Shown here in pieces: positions 63,001 to 64,000 of a stretch of 64,000 nt of DNA (its first letter is position 1; each line of letters opens with the position of its first letter). The stretch is from an uncultured Planctomycetota bacterium. GTDB lineage: Bacteria; Planctomycetota; Planctomycetia; Isosphaerales; Isosphaeraceae. Position numbers and translations under genes: made by a program. Under the pieces are notes generated by a model. That model was not told where the DNA came from. It did not search any database and saw only the letters and a list, made by a program, of their open reading frames with translations. The DNA lies in the NCBI GenBank assembly GCA_963737655.1, contig CAVTTN010000002.1:5536001-5600000 (forward strand), given 5' to 3'.

Positions 63001-64000
63001 CCTGGAACGGTACAACTGCCGAGGCTGCCACGTCCTGGCCATGCCGAAGTACACCGTCGCCCTCGGCACGAAGGCGACCGAAGCGTTCCCGGATTTCCGC
63101 ACGAACGTGGACGGCTCGTACACCAACCGCTCGAAGGACTACCTGTCCTTCTACTCGAAGGCGAATCCCGAGTTCGCCGCGGTCGGCGGGCTCACCTATG
63201 ACGAGAAGATCAAGAACGTGGTCCTCCAGGAGGACCTCAAGACCAGGGACGGCAAGCTCGTCGATCCCGACGGCCAGGCGGTCGATCCCAAGGCGACCCT
63301 GATCGTCTCCGACGAGAAGGACGGCCAGCCGGTCACGATCGAGGGGATGCCCAAGGGGGTCCTGGAAGACGAGGACGCCTCGGGCAAGCCGGTCAAGAAG
63401 GTGATCGTCCAGTTGTGGAAGCCGGTGACGATCCGGGGCTACACCTTCAACGTGGGGGACACCCTCCAGGTCAACCCGGACCGCGTGACCACGGCCCGGG
63501 CCGAGGGGGGCGACTTCGCCTGGCTCTACTCGATCACGATGGCCGAGAAGTCGGGCGCCCAGGTCGATCAGCTCTGGAACCGCTTGCCACCGCCCCTGTT
63601 GCGCGAGGGGAAGAAGGTCCAGACGCCCTGGCTGACGTCGTTCCTCCAGGACCCCTACGCGATCCGCCCGGCCGCCCAGTTGCGGATGCCCCGGTTCCAC
63701 TACGGCTCCACGGCCGAAGAGGTTTCCGAGGAGAGGCCGACCTCCGAAGGCTCGAAGGCCCGCGAGGAGGCCCGGGGCGAGACCCGCGACATCGCCAACT
63801 ACTTCGCCGGCCGCGACGGCGCCGAGTTCCCGTACCAGGCGATCCCCGAGCGCGAGCAGGCCTACCTGGAGGCCGAGGAGAAGGCCCACAAGGATTATCT
63901 GAACGGCGGCTGGCAGATTATCACCAAAGGGCTGTGCGTCCAGTGCCACGCCATCGGCTCGTACAAGCCGGCCGGCGGGGCGCAGAACGTCAACGGGCCG
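60059..64000 (+). CDS. Giant multiheme cytochrome c of the bc complex (runs off the window)
   Basis: MPATEETFRK...TM, coiled coil; eight CxxCH in frame 2: CTTCH, CTICH, CLKCH, CTGCH, CMACH, CFGCH, CRGCH, CVQCH; absent from the ORF track because it has no stop in the window. Confidence 0.93.
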   Translation, partial: MPATEETFRKQSTLHLVFAVSSIAMTAVTIWMIMADHLRPWKNVQRDFQKIETAKLKANEDQKLQEQQENSSAQIEAIDKKVEALDALAATNARKIANIDAEIAKLGGTRERLDTERKFQKAGLDSLRSFYDGMIDRNERPRANDFLAGTIVPSERTFETIVRDYEAAVRDLDRKKLDRGLLAAEVVEVADTPPPGTPAAVAGFKKGDTLPVAEFEKLRNEAEAAIAPPKGQPAREANVSVTVLRSTVTKGADGKPEITTKSVPLTLNVKPGALAKDDQNRAGGFETIGLPVTAVTSEVLKKKREDLTRDRDRVARALAQKQAQYGEGSGFGGFLNRSLATLRGLPIIDLAAPPTKIQQISLPELLINYNFKEVPRYDRCTTCHLGIDRPGYDKTADGQPMPAVFHTHPHLKDGARAPDARGNIVTVGLYLDSDGPHKINSFGCTICHGGQGSGTSFTYASHEPDDLHEKEVWEKKYDWTEMHHWDEPMLPTRFLQSSCLKCHHQVTDLNDEQAPKLLAGYQRITKYGCTGCHTIGGEGSFGPDLTDNRQVGPNLKHLGSKVTKDWALKWIKNPHAFRPDTRMPRFYEVSNNEAPEDRPKVHAEIHAMAHYLFAVSTPPKEFVDPPVEGHAEKGKDLFFSKGCMACHSHKEYAPDGLPAGAQPFASSNFGPNLSNIAAKFDPKTGFKWLANWIKNPEAYHPKSLMPNLQLSWEDSADIAAWLLSVKPDSVPARWSEGEFQVPPVDSEEVKAGLDELVKLYLGKSKTYKRRTVLLSEVDKTVAEMSLDDKLTYVGEKTISRLGCFGCHNITGYESAKPIGTPLNGWGIKSPSKLDFGHIAEYLEENRTLKDPAGTAGPAAHDDLPRKGRAHAVVGGEGDGEKVADYDGTDEYYKEKIDDHTRMGFLYQKLHRPRSYDAGKNNPDLKSWDDRLRMPQFVWANDPKAVEEVMTFVLGLTGERIPAKYLPRYNPTTTAVAKGERLLERYNCRGCHVLAMPKYTVALGTKATEAFPDFRTNVDGSYTNRSKDYLSFYSKANPEFAAVGGLTYDEKIKNVVLQEDLKTRDGKLVDPDGQAVDPKATLIVSDEKDGQPVTIEGMPKGVLEDEDASGKPVKKVIVQLWKPVTIRGYTFNVGDTLQVNPDRVTTARAEGGDFAWLYSITMAEKSGAQVDQLWNRLPPPLLREGKKVQTPWLTSFLQDPYAIRPAAQLRMPRFHYGSTAEEVSEERPTSEGSKAREEARGETRDIANYFAGRDGAEFPYQAIPEREQAYLEAEEKAHKDYLNGGWQIITKGLCVQCHAIGSYKPAGGAQNVNGP

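Noticed and set aside
58148..63949. 1933-aa minus-strand ORF
   Set aside because: Antisense shadow of the cytochrome genes, caused by GC3 bias; the plus strand carries the motifs

Overview
GC-rich bacterial DNA with a strong Planctomycetota signature, probably Isosphaeraceae-like (inferred from a DUF1559 prepilin, an ECF-kinase pair, an extended ECF, Uma2 and Rpn-like genes, and a split cytochrome b with a giant multiheme cytochrome). About 42 coding regions are supported. Housekeeping genes: priA, nadD, ada, PTS enzyme I and a Rieske/cytochrome b/multiheme cytochrome c operon. Accessory genes: a Dlt/AlgI-like cluster (MBOAT, two SGNH, adenylation enzyme, acyltransferase, ALDH), signalling genes, two PEP-CTERM proteins (one ice-binding), a membrane-anchored GTPase with a C2-like domain, and an ECF sigma factor fused to an S41 peptidase. 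Several REP-like palindromes occur. Many genes, including priA and ptsP, carry single-base frameshifts that are most simply explained as assembly indel errors. Best candidate for an undescribed system: a two-gene module encoding a 75-aa protein ending in Gly-Gly plus a Cys-containing partner (2896-4027). Next best: an Rpn-like gene with an internal start and a downstream orphan copy of its C-terminal module, the GTPase-C2 locus, and the ECF-S41 fusion. No rRNA, tRNA or CRISPR array was recognised. All family assignments come from motif recognition by eye; no searches were run.
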